Assembly (NCBI GenBank): GCA_035221665.1
Contig: CM069174.1
Span: 11,222,001-11,286,000, forward strand
Direction: 5' to 3'
Source: Okamejei kenojei
Taxonomy: Eukaryota
Length of the DNA stretch: 64,000 nt
Positions 28,901 through 37,885 of this stretch are shown in pieces. The stretch's first letter is position 1. Every line of letters starts with the position of its first letter. Under the pieces are notes generated by a model. It did no database searches. It had not been told where the DNA came from and saw nothing but the letters and a program-made list of their open reading frames with translations. The translations under genes were made by a program, and so were the position numbers.

Positions 28901-31237
28901 ACAGCTGTACTGGGAATTGCCGCTGTGTTTGGTCCCTTCTCCACTGCATGGAGTGCAGGTGGGAGATTTAAATAAAATCAGACAATTCCCATTTCACATA
29001 CTTGTTAAACTAAAGAGAGAAAATGATTTGCAGCATTTTGTGTTGTTTTTACATTGGCAGTATCTGCATTTTTTTAATGTTCATCACCTTATTAACTAAG
29101 CAGCCGAGAACCACAATAACCATTCAACCACTTGGTACCCAATGCGTTTAGATAAAGCAGATAAAAAGATGCTGGGAATTTATGACAAAAAGATGCTTGA
29201 AGACACAAACTAACTTATTCTAGATCAACATTAAGTTGACTGCATGCCCTGGTCTGATAGAAACAACATGCTGATTTGTTACAGTGGGTACCAATGCTGA
29301 GCATGGGCTGTGGCTGGAAGCACTGAGATGTTTGTGCTCTTTTGAATGCAGTAACTGTGTTGTCTTTATTGTGCCATGAAGGCAGGTTTGGTGCAAGAAA
29401 ACAAAGCATCCGCATTTGGAATAAGATCCAAGACTACTGAGGGACTTTACCGTGTTGAACTGACTAAAAAGGCAAATTAATTTTACAGAACTCTCATGTC
29501 GGAGCGAAGGGAGACTTCCTGTTAAGCAGTAATCATCTTGTGGAGCTCACCACTAAATTGCATCGTGCCGCACATGAGGACAACCAGAGGGAGATAAATG
29601 TGAAGATACAGGATGAGTGAGTCATTGCACACTATTTAATTTCTGCTGTTAGCATTTTTTTTCCTGAGCTCTTAGTATTGAGGAATGAAACAACTTGTGG
29701 TATTGGGTAAGATACAAGGTAAAGCTTCCTCCATGCTGTGTTTAAGAAGGAACTGCAGATGCTGGAAAATCAACGGTAGACAAAAGTGCTGGAGAAACTC
29801 AGCGGGTGCAGCAGCATCTATGGAGCGAAGGAAATAGGCAACGTTTAGGGCCGAAACCCTTCTTCGGACTGGAGAGGAGTCTCGACCTGAAACGTTGCCT
29901 ATTTCCTTCGCTCCATAGATGCTGCTGCACCCGCTGAGTTTCTCCAGCACTTTTGTCTTCCTCCATGCTGTGCTGTCACAGACATCCAGGGCAGGCCACC
30001 AAAGGTTAAATAGCAACCTGCTTTGCTGTTTCTGCACTGTCTCATACAAGACAGGTCAAACAGAGTGTTGCTCTGTCAACACAAGCCAGGGTCAGACAGA
30101 GAGTGAAGCTCTCTCTGCACTGTCATATCACACAGTGAAGCTCACTCCACGTTGCCGGGGGAACCCGTTGGATGCAGAAAAAAGCTTCTCCTACATGTCC
30201 AAGGCAGGGACTGGAAATTGCTGGACGTACGGATGCTATGAAATACAAATATATAGAAACATAATTAAAGACTAGCTCAACCTTTCTGGTGTGACAGTAT
30301 AACGTGCAATACAGTAAACTCTTGCTTTAATGGATCCCTTTATAACGGATGCAGTTATAGTGGACGGACCCCCGACACACCACCTCCCCAACCACAGGGC
30401 CCCGGCTTCTGAGGGCCCCTACCCAACTCACAAGGTGCAGCAGGAAGCCCTTCTTCATGGTCCAGTTGAAGCAGCCATTGTTGCGGCTCACGTAGCTCCG
30501 GGGGACAGTGCTTCCTTCAGGCTACTGCCACCACCGACAAAGTGTCACTGTGATGCTCCCTCCCTCTCACACTGGCTGTTGCTTCTTCCTTCGCTTCATC
30601 CACTCGGCCTCTCCCCCCTCCCCCTCCTCCTCTCTCCCAGACTCGCCAACATACTCCACCTTGGAAGCGGCAGCAGGCGAGTGGGGAGGGAGCCCCACGG
30701 CAACCCAGCCCACACATCCTGTCGTTGAGGGCGGGCTAAAGAGAGGGCTTTCGGCAGGGTTAATAGGTGTGCCACAGCAACAGCCAAGTTGACCGGTGTA
30801 GAAGGGCTGCTGGTGCTGACCAGCAGCATCGGTGCCTAGTTTTTAGGTGAAATGACACAAAGTGCTGGAGTAACTCAGTCGACTGAATCAGTCTGACGAA
30901 GGATTCCAATGTCATCTATCCATGTTCTCCAGTGATTCTGCCTGACCTGCTGAGTTACTCCAGCACTTTGTGTCCTTTTTATGTATTAACCACCATCTGC
31001 AGTTCTTCGTGTCAACCACAAACAATGATAATACCTGAATCGGCTATAATGGACAATCGGCAATATATGGTCCGTTATAAAAAGGGTTTACTGTGCTACT
31101 TTCTTCCCTGCAGACTTTCTGTTAGGTACAGTAAAGACACGGTCTCTGTGAAGTTTGTGAAGGTAACTAACGGGAACGGAAATGGTCTAGTGTGCAAGAA
31201 GATAAACAGCCGCCTATTGGAGGTCCATGTTCCGTAA
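1793..31237 (+). CDS. MYO1A: Unconventional class I myosin, most likely myosin-Ia (brush-border myosin I); 28 coding exons, 3225 nt CDS, 1074 aa
   Basis: All 28 exons join in frame with GT-AG boundaries. P-loop GESGSGKT, switch I NDNSSRFGK, switch II DIYGFE, TEDS-site Glu 16 aa before DALAK, 4 IQ motifs, TH1 tail ending LLEVHVP*. MYO1A rather than MYO1B is inferred from GESGSGKT and [16 protein letters not shown] and from linkage to TIMELESS/RNF41 (human 12q13 neighbourhood). Confidence 0.85.
2336..3363 (-). mobile_element. 5'-truncated L1/Tx1-clade LINE (ORF2 C-terminus with zf-RVT, 3' UTR, poly(A))
   Basis: Uninterrupted 255-aa ORF 3358-2591 with [17 protein letters not shown] zinc knuckle; AATAAA plus A-tail at the 2336 end; GTAATG duplication at 2330-2335 and 3364-3369. 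Confidence 0.9.
3519..3634 (+). CDS. MYO1A: Myosin I coding exon 2 ([14 protein letters not shown]...LSPH)
   Basis: 116 nt, ag/gt boundaries, myosin motif. Confidence 0.95.
4291..4631 (+). mobile_element. Penelope-like element 3' fragment with short inverted 5' piece and hammerhead-like core
   Basis: 17-bp duplication CATAACATCTATGGCAG (4274-4290, 4632-4648); core CTGAGGA-AGGGTCTCGACCC-GAAACGTC at 4506-4533. Confidence 0.8.
4705..4875 (-). mobile_element. HE1-like V-SINE fragment
   Basis: Matches copies at 22290-22570, 38525-38770 and 50550-50810. Confidence 0.65.
4992..5086 (+). CDS. MYO1A: Myosin I coding exon 3 (P-loop GESGSGKT)
   Basis: 95 nt, ag/gt boundaries. Confidence 0.95.
6591..6695 (+). 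CDS. MYO1A: Myosin I coding exon 4 (EASKLVMSY...LLQSNPILE)
   Basis: 105 nt, ag/gt boundaries. Confidence 0.95.
8134..8180 (+). CDS. MYO1A: Myosin I coding exon 5 ([16 protein letters not shown], switch I)
   Basis: 47 nt, ag/gt boundaries. Confidence 0.95.
8691..8754 (+). CDS. MYO1A: Myosin I coding exon 6 ([21 protein letters not shown])
   Basis: 64 nt, ag/gt boundaries. Confidence 0.95.
8814..9270 (+). mobile_element. Penelope-like element fragment (GIY-YIG endonuclease C-terminus and 3' end)
   Basis: [14 protein letters not shown]...[24 protein letters not shown]; degenerate hammerhead-like core 9140-9167. Confidence 0.85.
9345..10150 (+). repeat. Cryptic minisatellite built from (C)AGCAAACAKCTGGCA-like units
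   Basis: Repeated aaacatctggca, aaacaactggca, aaacagctggca and aaatagctggca; strong strand bias. Confidence 0.8.
10870..11250 (+). mobile_element. Rex1/Babar-like LINE 3' fragment
   Basis: [37 protein letters not shown] remnant; 3' UTR ending cttttcactgtacctc...gacagtaataaa, related to 16200-16375, 57808-57900 and 61890-62115. Confidence 0.75.
12931..13029 (+). CDS. MYO1A: Myosin I coding exon 7 (YLLEKSRVV...[14 protein letters not shown])
   Basis: 99 nt, ag/gt boundaries. Confidence 0.95.
13547..13650 (+). CDS. MYO1A: Myosin I coding exon 8 ([15 protein letters not shown]...[12 protein letters not shown])
   Basis: 104 nt, ag/gt boundaries. Confidence 0.92.
15510..15657 (+). CDS. MYO1A: Myosin I coding exon 9 (TAMNVIGF...VLKLCNI...DDSK)
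   Basis: 148 nt, ag/gt boundaries. Confidence 0.92.
15990..16108 (+). CDS. MYO1A: Myosin I coding exon 10 ([10 protein letters not shown]...ALCSRTV...TAAQ)
   Basis: 119 nt, ag/gt boundaries, TEDS site = Glu. Confidence 0.93.
16200..16375 (-). mobile_element. Rex1-like LINE 3' UTR fragment
   Basis: Reverse complement of 61960-62115. Confidence 0.65.
16850..16936 (+). CDS. MYO1A: Myosin I coding exon 11 ([25 protein letters not shown])
   Basis: 87 nt, ag/gt boundaries. Confidence 0.95.
17362..17538. mobile_element. Penelope-derived fold-back insertion
   Basis: Inverted arms; TTAATTGAG duplication 17353-17361 and 17539-17547. Confidence 0.7.
17810..17875 (+). CDS. MYO1A: Myosin I coding exon 12 ([16 protein letters not shown], switch II)
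   Basis: 66 nt, ag/gt boundaries. Confidence 0.95.
18009..18103 (+). mobile_element. Short Penelope-derived insertion starting at the hammerhead-like core
   Basis: TAGTTTTACG duplication 17999-18008 and 18104-18113. Confidence 0.75.
18847..18951 (+). CDS. MYO1A: Myosin I coding exon 13 ([19 protein letters not shown]...EQEEYIRE)
   Basis: 105 nt, ag/gt boundaries. Confidence 0.95.
19215..19277 (+). CDS. MYO1A: Myosin I coding exon 14 ([21 protein letters not shown])
   Basis: 63 nt, ag/gt boundaries. Confidence 0.93.
19405..19470. repeat. Imperfect (TG)n microsatellite
   Basis: Direct inspection. Confidence 0.8.
20149..20346 (+). CDS. MYO1A: Myosin I coding exon 15 ([14 protein letters not shown]...FRVQHYAGK)
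   Basis: 198 nt, ag/gt boundaries. Confidence 0.95.
20948..21174 (+). CDS. MYO1A: Myosin I coding exon 16 ([14 protein letters not shown]...[11 protein letters not shown]...PNYIR)
   Basis: 227 nt, ag/gt boundaries. Confidence 0.95.
21740..21945. mobile_element. Penelope-derived fold-back insertion
   Basis: About 85-bp inverted arms; 16-bp duplication with 1 mismatch (21724-21739, 21946-21961). Confidence 0.85.
22021..22221 (+). CDS. MYO1A: Myosin I coding exon 17 (CIKPND...[18 protein letters not shown]...TWPNW)
   Basis: 201 nt, ag/gt boundaries. Confidence 0.95.
22290..22570 (-). mobile_element. HE1-like V-SINE, near full length
   Basis: tRNA-like head on - (ggcacggcggcgcagcggtagag...gggttccgtcc), V-domain-like core, CR1-like tail. 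Confidence 0.75.
22820..22913 (+). CDS. MYO1A: Myosin I coding exon 18 (converter, [14 protein letters not shown])
   Basis: 94 nt, ag/gt boundaries. Confidence 0.95.
23297..23446 (+). CDS. MYO1A: Myosin I coding exon 19 (IQ1 [13 protein letters not shown]2 IAAWFRR)
   Basis: 150 nt, ag/gt boundaries. Confidence 0.95.
23760..23898. mobile_element. Penelope-derived fold-back insertion
   Basis: 15-bp duplication TCACTGAATACAGAT (23745-23759, 23899-23913). Confidence 0.8.
24349..24417 (+). CDS. MYO1A: Myosin I coding exon 20 (IQ3 LQAYVRGWK)
   Basis: 69 nt, ag/gt boundaries. Confidence 0.93.
24815..25200 (+). mobile_element. L2-type LINE 3' fragment
   Basis: ILVFKS..G.A and [14 protein letters not shown] remnants. 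Confidence 0.65.
25252..25338 (+). CDS. MYO1A: Myosin I coding exon 21 (29-aa IQ4 exon [29 protein letters not shown])
   Basis: 87 nt, phase 0-0, ag/gt boundaries, IQ-like IAAGWRG. Confidence 0.88.
25973..26047 (+). CDS. MYO1A: Myosin I coding exon 22 ([14 protein letters not shown]...)
   Basis: 75 nt, ag/gt boundaries. Confidence 0.9.
26294..26428 (+). CDS. MYO1A: Myosin I coding exon 23 ([12 protein letters not shown]...LKRIFYLWK)
   Basis: 135 nt, ag/gt boundaries. Confidence 0.92.
27043..27149 (+). CDS. MYO1A: Myosin I coding exon 24 (CKKYRE...[12 protein letters not shown])
   Basis: 107 nt, ag/gt boundaries. Confidence 0.93.
27330..28035 (+). mobile_element. Decayed CR1-type LINE (APE endonuclease region), interrupted by a MITE
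   Basis: [20 protein letters not shown] and LLGLYY|YR.PN remnants on both sides of the insertion. Confidence 0.7.
27562..27777. mobile_element. hAT (Charlie-like) MITE
   Basis: TIRs CAGTGGTTCTCAACC / GGTTGAGAACCCCTG; 8-bp duplication TACTATGT/TACTATAG. Confidence 0.85.
28067..28199 (+). CDS. MYO1A: Myosin I coding exon 25 ([10 protein letters not shown]...[10 protein letters not shown]1)
   Basis: 133 nt, ag/gt boundaries. Confidence 0.93.
28628..28780 (+). CDS. MYO1A: Myosin I coding exon 26 (PRILLLT...[16 protein letters not shown]1 PH-like)
   Basis: 153 nt, ag/gt boundaries. Confidence 0.93.
29489..29616 (+). CDS. MYO1A: Myosin I coding exon 27 ([19 protein letters not shown])
   Basis: 128 nt, ag/gt boundaries. 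Confidence 0.93.
29741..29956. mobile_element. Penelope-derived fold-back insertion
   Basis: Perfect 16-bp duplication CTTCCTCCATGCTGTG (29725-29740, 29957-29972); near-perfect inverted arms. Confidence 0.85.
30312..31093. mobile_element. Tigger/pogo-like non-autonomous DNA transposon with internal Penelope-derived segment
   Basis: TIRs CAGTAAACTCTT... / ...AAGGGTTTACTG, TA on the left flank; related to 52832-53358. Confidence 0.75.
31114..31237 (+). CDS. MYO1A: Myosin I last coding exon (...VKFVKV...[14 protein letters not shown])
   Basis: 124 nt, cag acceptor, TAA at 31235-31237. Confidence 0.93.
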
Positions 31238-31814
31238 CCATCAAAGCCCAACCAGTCTAGTGCCTCAATAACCTACCTCCAGCCAGGGTTGTGGAAACTT
31301 TAACGCACGAGGTCTTGAAGTGACAGCAATTTAAAAACAAGTTTTAAATAATCGTTGTGATCACTGATCACAAACATGTGCATTGATTCATATGGAAACT
31401 CAAAAGGAAAAAAATCCACGGAACATAGTTCTACAATGTATAATTCCCTTGTGACCAGGGACTGGGGGTTGCAATACCCCTACCCTGAGAAATTTGACAG
31501 CTTCTTGCTGTAAATTCTGATTAGCCATTTCAAACCCAGGTTAGGCAAGGACTGGTACCTTTACCATGAAAGAGCTGCACTTTCTGGGCCCTTGTTCCAG
31601 TTCATACTGCCTCGCAGAATCAGACTCAACCCAGTTTATTTGCTGTTGGGACGTGGAAACCAAATCAAACAAAAATCTTTCTCCCTCAAACAAAAGCCTA
31701 GGAATGAAGACAAATGAAATGATTTTTTTGACAAACATCTGGGAGGGTGGAACTGAAAATACTCTTAATTTTCCTGAATTATTACAACATGTAAACTCCT
31801 TTCCTGAATTGCAG

Positions 31815-31979
31815 ATTAAAGATTTGAACTAGCTTTGTGTTTTATTTCAGACTAATGTACGCATCTAGCACATGACAAGTTATAATGTTTAAAACTACAG
31901 TACACTTTATCAGGTTCACAGGACACCAGAACAATCAGTTATGAAAAACTTTGCATATGTTTCTTTTATTTTCATTAAA
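31815..31979. terminator. Candidate poly(A) signals of convergent MYO1A (+) and TIMELESS (-)
   Basis: + strand ATTAAA 31815-31820 and 31974-31979; - strand AATAAA 31846-31841 and 31970-31965. Confidence 0.5.
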
Positions 31980-32153
31980 CAACATAATAGTGATGGCAAA
32001 GAATGGTTTCAGATAAAATGTGTAATTGTAACACTTCATACAAAACTTACATGAAGAACGTTAGTATCTGCTGATGACAGCGACTCCTTGGTTACAAGTT
32101 GCCTTGTGTTGGACCCAGTGTTTAAAATCATTTCAAGAGACTGACGTTCAAAG

Positions 32154-32293
32154 TTAATCAATGTCATCATCATCATCGTCATCTTCAATTGCCCGCCGAC
32201 ACCTTTTGATCACCCTGTGGGCGGTGTCCGAGTCAGACGTCTCAGAGTTAGGTTCAGAGCCTTCTGTTGCCTCCACGTTTGGTGTGTCTTCAA
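32154..32293 (-). CDS. TIMELESS: TIMELESS last coding exon (VEDTPNVE...[17 protein letters not shown])
   Basis: Acceptor ctttcag, phase matches the previous exon, basic NLS-like segment then acidic tail as in vertebrate TIMELESS. Confidence 0.85.
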
Positions 32294-35200
32294 CTGAAAG
32301 TTCACATTCAAAATTCATTACAACTGTGGGCTTAGTAACAATTCCCCTCCACATTTTAAATGCATCCTCGCCAATACCAAAAGACACAAATAACATGGAT
32401 GACTGAAATCTGAAATACAACAAGAAAACGCTGGAAATACTCAGCAGGTCATTGACCTGTAGTGTTAACTGTTTCTCCCTCCACAGATGCTGCCTGACCT
32501 AACGAGTGTTTCCAGCATTTTCAGTTATGGAGAATACTAATATGCAAGCACAGCTTGAGATTAAGGAGGAGGAAGTGTTGGAGCTTTTGAAAAGCATAAG
32601 GTGGATAAATCATCAGCATGATTGAATTTATCCTAGGTTATTGAGAGACAAGAGAGGAGATCGGAGGAGCCTTAACGAAGATCTTTGCGTCTTCTCTAGC
32701 CGCAGGTGAGATCCCGGAGAACTGGAGAGGAGCTAATGTTGTCCCTTTATTTAAGGGAAGTAGAGAGAATCCAGGGAAATAGAACTTGGTGAGCTTCACA
32801 TCAGTGGTAGGGAAGCTATTGGAGAGGATTCTTCGGGATAGGATTTATTCCCACTTGGAAGAGAATGGATTAATTATGGACAGTCAGCATGGCTTTGTAC
32901 TTGACAGCATGTTTCACTAACTTGATCGAGTTTTTTGAGGAGGTGACAAAGGTGATCAGTGAGGGTAGGGCGGTGGATGTGGTCTACATGGATTTTAGTA
33001 AAGCATTTGATAAAGTCCCCCATGGTTGATCCATAAGATTAAGATGCATGGGATTACCAGTTATCAGAACTGTCTTACTGATAGAAGACAGAGGGTTAAG
33101 GTGGAAGAAGTGTGGGGGGGTTTGCCAATGTAAGGGCTGGTCAAATGCAAGGGGAACATATACAATTAATGACATGATCCATAACAGCACTGATGTACAG
33201 AGGGACCTGGGGGTCCAAGTCCATAACTCCCTGACGCTGTCAACACAAGTAGAAAACAAAATCTTACCTCTGTCGTCCATGTCATCGTCACTGTCAAACA
33301 CACGACTTCGCTTGAGCATTTGTTTGTGTTTGGTCTTCTCAATGTTACTGAAATAGAAAAACATGATCTGGTTTTAATGCACACAGTTGAAGCACAGATC
33401 ATCAGTTGTCAGGAATGAGGGCCTGAGCTATAGAGAGAGGTTGGGCAGGCTTGGAGCACAGGAGGATGAGGGGTGGTCTTATAGAGGTGTATAAGGTATG
33501 ATGAAGGGAACAGATAGGGTTTATGCATAGCCTTTTACCTGGAGGATGGGAATCTAGCACCAGAGGACATTGGTTGAAGGTGAGAGGGGAAAGTTTTAAT
33601 AGGAAACTGAGGGGCAACTTTTTTTTATACAGTGGCTGGTGGGTGTATGGAACGAGCTGCCAGAGGAGATAGTTGAGCCAGATACTATCACAGCATTTAA
33701 AATAAATTTGGACAGGTACATGGATAGGACAGGTTTAGAGGGGAATGGGCCAAACACGGGCAGATGGGGCTAGTGTAGATGGGACATGTTGGTCAGCGTG
33801 GCAAGTTGGACCGAGGAGCCCATTTCTGTGCTGTTTGACTGCAGATGCCGGAATCATTGGTACAAAAAACAGAACGTTGGGAGAACTCAGTGGGACATTC
33901 CCCATGTCAAAATTGTTTTGTGGGCTTGGTGCATTAACAGTTTGTGCCACACTGCAATGTGGCCTGAAAGCAACTGATTGAAAATGTTCCCCAAAGTCCT
34001 TTGAATTCTTGAAGCGAGCAGAATGAAGAAGCTTTTCATCAGCCAGAGATGAAGGAGCTTGGAGCATGATCTATTTTCCCCGTAGTGGATAGTTCTCTCC
34101 ATTCATGCTTTGTCATGAGCTAGTTGGTCGTTTACTGCCTGACGCCCCCTCTTTCCTCAGTGGTGTCCAGCGTGAATTCTTCCCACACCACGGTCCACTG
34201 CCCATCAGGTTCAGAGCACTGGAGTTTACCGACTCATCACTTGCCTTTTGGTGTCGTCATCTGATCCAGAGGGAGACTCTGGGGCATCTCTGCCTCTCGC
34301 TTCAGGCTTAGCATCACCACCTGCTAAATATATAAAAAAATATCAACATCACTTGGTGTTTGTATCAGTAAATGACTCCCCTCCTTTAGCTTCAACCTGC
34401 ACTCTATAATCACAACCTAATGGTGTTGGAAGCAGTTCCCCAGCAGTGTAAGTGGTGAATGCACACCTACAAAACACAGCAAGCTGCAGCATGATCACAA
34501 TGAACAAGATACTAAAGAGCCAGCAATGAAAGCACAGGACCACAAGCTTTGACTGACTGCCAAGTGGTTCAGATGGATTTTGACTCGTACCTTTGGTGGA
34601 TGCAACATGCCTCTCCCTGGCCATGACAAGAGCCCGCAAGGCCTCCGACTTGTGACCCGCACTAACGCTGACGTTGCCGTCCTGGGCCGTCCCTCCTTCC
34701 CCATCACCATCCTGTAGGGCGATAACTGAAGCAATCTTTCGCAACTGCACGCCACTCAGGTTGGCAGAAATTCGCCAAAAAGATTCCTGTAAGAAATGTT
34801 CAAAACTGCAATTGTAGAAATGATTGTAGAGGAGCGAGGAACAAAAGGGAAGTCACAAAGGAAACTAGATTTCCACCAGGTTCAGGAACAGATCTTCCTC
34901 ATTGTGATCAGAATACTGAATATTCTCTCGTCAGCTGGAGGTTCGTCCTCATCTCCCAACCTACCTCATTGCAGACCTTGTACTATATTCTGCACTCTGG
35001 CGTTTATCTCTGTTGTACCTTTTCAACGCATTCCTTTCTTCATTTCACATACATCCGTCCAGTCACATCTCTTTTCAATCCATGCCTTTGAATCCCCAGT
35101 CTGAAGCACTAGCCCACATCTTCATTATTCTGGGCCACTGCCAGTGCTTATTATAGTTAGACACATCACCCAGATGAGTAGTCACAGAGCCGTACAGCAC

Positions 35201-37885
35201 AGAAACAGGTGTGTCTGCCCGCCCACCCATCCACGCCATCTCGGCATATTGGGACACTCCCATTTTCTCGCCATTTGGTTCATAGCCCTCTAAACCCTTC
35301 CTATTCATATATGTCTATTGAAATATCTTTTTAAAGTCATAATTGTATCTGCTTCAATAACTTTCTCAGGTGTAAGATGTTCACACTGCAGACACAGCGA
35401 GCCTTGTTTGGTTCATTGACCATCTTCATTTAGCTGATGTTTTCCTAATTTACCTGTTCATCAGCAGGAGGTCGGATTCCCACTTTCTTCAGAAGCTGCT
35501 GGAACACCTCATTGTCCATGGCATCTTCGTTTTCCTCAGAGAAGGGGACGAGCGGCACAGCGATCAAGGTCCCTGCAAGCGGTGAACCAGGCACAACGTG
35601 CAACATGTTACTGGGAAAGAGAGCAAGTGCTGGCAGGCAGGCAGGCAGGAGCAAGCTAAAGTAAGAGGGCCGTTCTTACAATTGACTGTGTGAGATGTGA
35701 GAGCTTGTGGATGATTGGATGCTGTGGGTCACTCAAAGCTCATCACTGCTATTTCTTTGGAAGATTGAGGAGATTTGGTGTGCCGATCAATTTCTACAAG
35801 TGTAGGGTAGACAGCGTATGGACGTGGTTGATTCAACGGAGAATTTTTAAAAACTGTCTGCTACTGTTAGAAAGCAAGTTGTTCTTTGTCCTCTGTGCAT
35901 GTTGGATCTGAGAAATCTTGCCGAGCATGTAAAGACGTGACGGGTGCACTCTGGCAGCTGGGTTATCCATTGGGTGTAATAGGTATACTTAGCCAAGGGA
36001 GTTGCGAACGTTAACAACACCACCACGCTTGCTTCAGGCTCGAGGCAGTGAATCTTCTTGGGACACCATACAATTCCCTTGGGGATGAAGCTAACAGGCT
36101 ATAAAGAATTGAAAATAAGTAAGGCACTACACCATCAACTTCGCCATCGTTTGTACCGCTTTTTGTTGTTCTGTTTGAGGGCAATTCTGCAGCCACAAGA
36201 AAGGACCTTCATATCTACTTGCATTCAAAAGTGAAGAGCGATCACAGAATTCTCTTTTTGATGTTTTAAAAAAAGATATAATCCCCCTAAGACTCCATCT
36301 CACATTATCCGACGTCACTGAATCTACACAGATTGAAAGTTCTGCTCCACTTAAACAGTTTTCAAAACTAAAATATTCCCCAACGCGTGATATTGGGAAG
36401 GGATGGGGCACAACCGGATTGGGCAGGCATCAATGTGCCGAGACTTTCCGCAAAAGTGAAGTATTCCCAATAAGCACGAGTTAATTCCTTCACTAATAAA
36501 AATATTGGCCGAATTTCGATGAGCCTATGTTATACATTTCTTAATTAAACTGCAGTTTAGAGCCTAACACGACATTAAATTCTTGACGTAAAGTGCCAAT
36601 GCTCACTTGGATTGATCAATACCCACGTGCAATGGTACTAAATCAAACCACTTATCCCAGAGTATCCACTTTATACAAGTGTTTAAGAACGGAACTTCTG
36701 CAGATGCTTGATACACTCGTGTTTCTGGATAAGGTTATGGCAATAAGTCGCTGGAGAGAAGACTGTCGCGGGTCAGCAGCATCTATGAGCAAGAGGAAAT
36801 GGGCAAAGTTACGGCCTCGAAACCCATCTTAGTATGATCTCCTATGGATAGGAAGGAAATAGTCCAAACATTATTTATGTGCTCTTTGAAAACCAAAGGG
36901 TTTCGCCCAAATATCGTGGTGCCTTTATGTTTCCTAAAAGTGTATCTAGAGCTGAGAGTCACCCGACAGAGGCACAGTTTTTCACCAGCACTATTTTGGA
37001 GTCTACCCNNNNNNNNNNNNNNNNNNNNNNNNNNNNNNNNNNNNNNNNNNNNNNNNNNNNNNNNNNNNNNNNNNNNNNNNNNNNNNNNNNNNNNNNNNNN
37101 NNNNNNNNNNNNNNNNNNNNNNNNNNNNNNNNNNNNNNNNNNNNNNNNNNNNNNNNNNNNNNNNNNNNNNNNNNNNNNNNNNNNNNNNNNNNNNNNNNNN
37201 NNNNNNNNNNNNNNNNNNNNNNNNNNNNNNNNNNNNNNNNNNNNNNNNNNNNNNNNNNNNNNNNNNNNNNNNNNNNNNNNNNNNNNNNNNNNNNNNNNNN
37301 NNNNNNNNNNNNNNNNNNNNNNNNNNNNNNNNNNNNNNNNNNNNNNNNNNNNNNNNNNNNNNNNNNNNNNNNNNNNNNNNNNNNNNNNNNNNNNNNNNNN
37401 NNNNNNNNNNNNNNNNNNNNNNNNNNNNNNNNNNNNNNNNNNNNNNNNNNNNNNNNNNNNNNNNNNNNNNNNNNNNNNNNNNNNNNNNNNNNNNNNNNNN
37501 NNNNNNNNATTAATTAATAAAAAATAGAAATTTATTAATTTGTACTAATATTAATCAGTACAAGTTAATACAAAGTGTACACACACACACACAATACCGT
37601 CATAATCACGAAAGACAATTATTCTAAGATACTTTCTATCTCCCAAAATCGTAGTCTTTGCTTCACCGCAATTTTCAACATGTTAACATTCAACTATAAC
37701 ACCCTGTAAAGCATAAGGACACCTTTAAATTTCATTTCTGTTTGGCATATGACAATAAAACATTGACCTCCTTGAACGTCTACTCACCTAAACAATCAGC
37801 TCTTTGTATAGTGTCCTCCCTTCTAATAGCCCATGGCACCTGCATGTTTGCAACAGTTCACAGTCATTGTGCTCATATCTACACA
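32154..37885 (-). CDS. TIMELESS: Protein timeless homolog, partial (middle of gene missing at the assembly gap)
   Basis: Visible exons: ~37885-37788 (CELL.TC...LEG...YKE, frameshifted), ~36214-36133 (WLQNC, frameshifted), 35572-35454, 34786-34591, 34320-34245/34230, 33347-33268, 32293-32154. The peptides match vertebrate TIMELESS N-terminus, PARP1-binding region and acidic C-terminus. Confidence 0.92.
32560..33250 (+). mobile_element. CR1-type LINE RT fragment
   Basis: [44 protein letters not shown] remnants. Confidence 0.85.
33268..33347 (-). CDS. TIMELESS: TIMELESS penultimate exon ([26 protein letters not shown])
   Basis: 80 nt, ag/gt boundaries, KR..DSD motif. Confidence 0.85.
33410..33840 (+). 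mobile_element. CR1-type LINE 3' fragment
   Basis: [30 protein letters not shown] remnants plus 3' UTR. Confidence 0.8.
34230..34320 (-). CDS. TIMELESS: TIMELESS low-complexity linker exon ([25 protein letters not shown]...)
   Basis: Acceptor tttagcag; needed to convert phase 1 to phase 2; donor either GC (exon end 34245) or GT (34230). Confidence 0.7.
34591..34786 (-). CDS. TIMELESS: TIMELESS exon ([17 protein letters not shown]...[13 protein letters not shown])
   Basis: 196 nt, ag/gt boundaries, FWRI motif. Confidence 0.92.
35454..35572 (-). CDS. TIMELESS: TIMELESS exon ([36 protein letters not shown])
   Basis: 119 nt, ag/gt boundaries, PARP1-binding domain sequence. Confidence 0.95.
36133..36214 (-). 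CDS. TIMELESS: TIMELESS exon with indels ([11 protein letters not shown]...)
   Basis: LWLQNC motif in one frame, rest shifted; lies in the error-rich gap flank. Confidence 0.7.
37009..37508. other. Assembly gap (500 N)
   Basis: Run of exactly 500 n. Confidence 1.
37788..37885 (-). CDS. TIMELESS: TIMELESS first coding exon with indels
   Basis: Reads CELL.TC..G.LEG...YKE..DCL across frames, then donor ttag|gtgagt; candidate acceptor ttatacag at 38005-38006; start codon position uncertain. Confidence 0.8.

Noticed and set aside
32294-32423. Longer last TIMELESS exon suggested by ORF 32154-32423
   Set aside because: The acceptor at 32294-32295 gives the correct phase; the upstream extension runs into repeat-derived sequence.
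36844-37527. ORFs of 227 and 212 aa in the supplied track
   Set aside because: They are artefacts of translating through the N gap.
36133-37885. TIMELESS as a pseudogene
   Set aside because: Indels occur only next to the gap, where repeats are also garbled; the five distal exons are intact and in phase.
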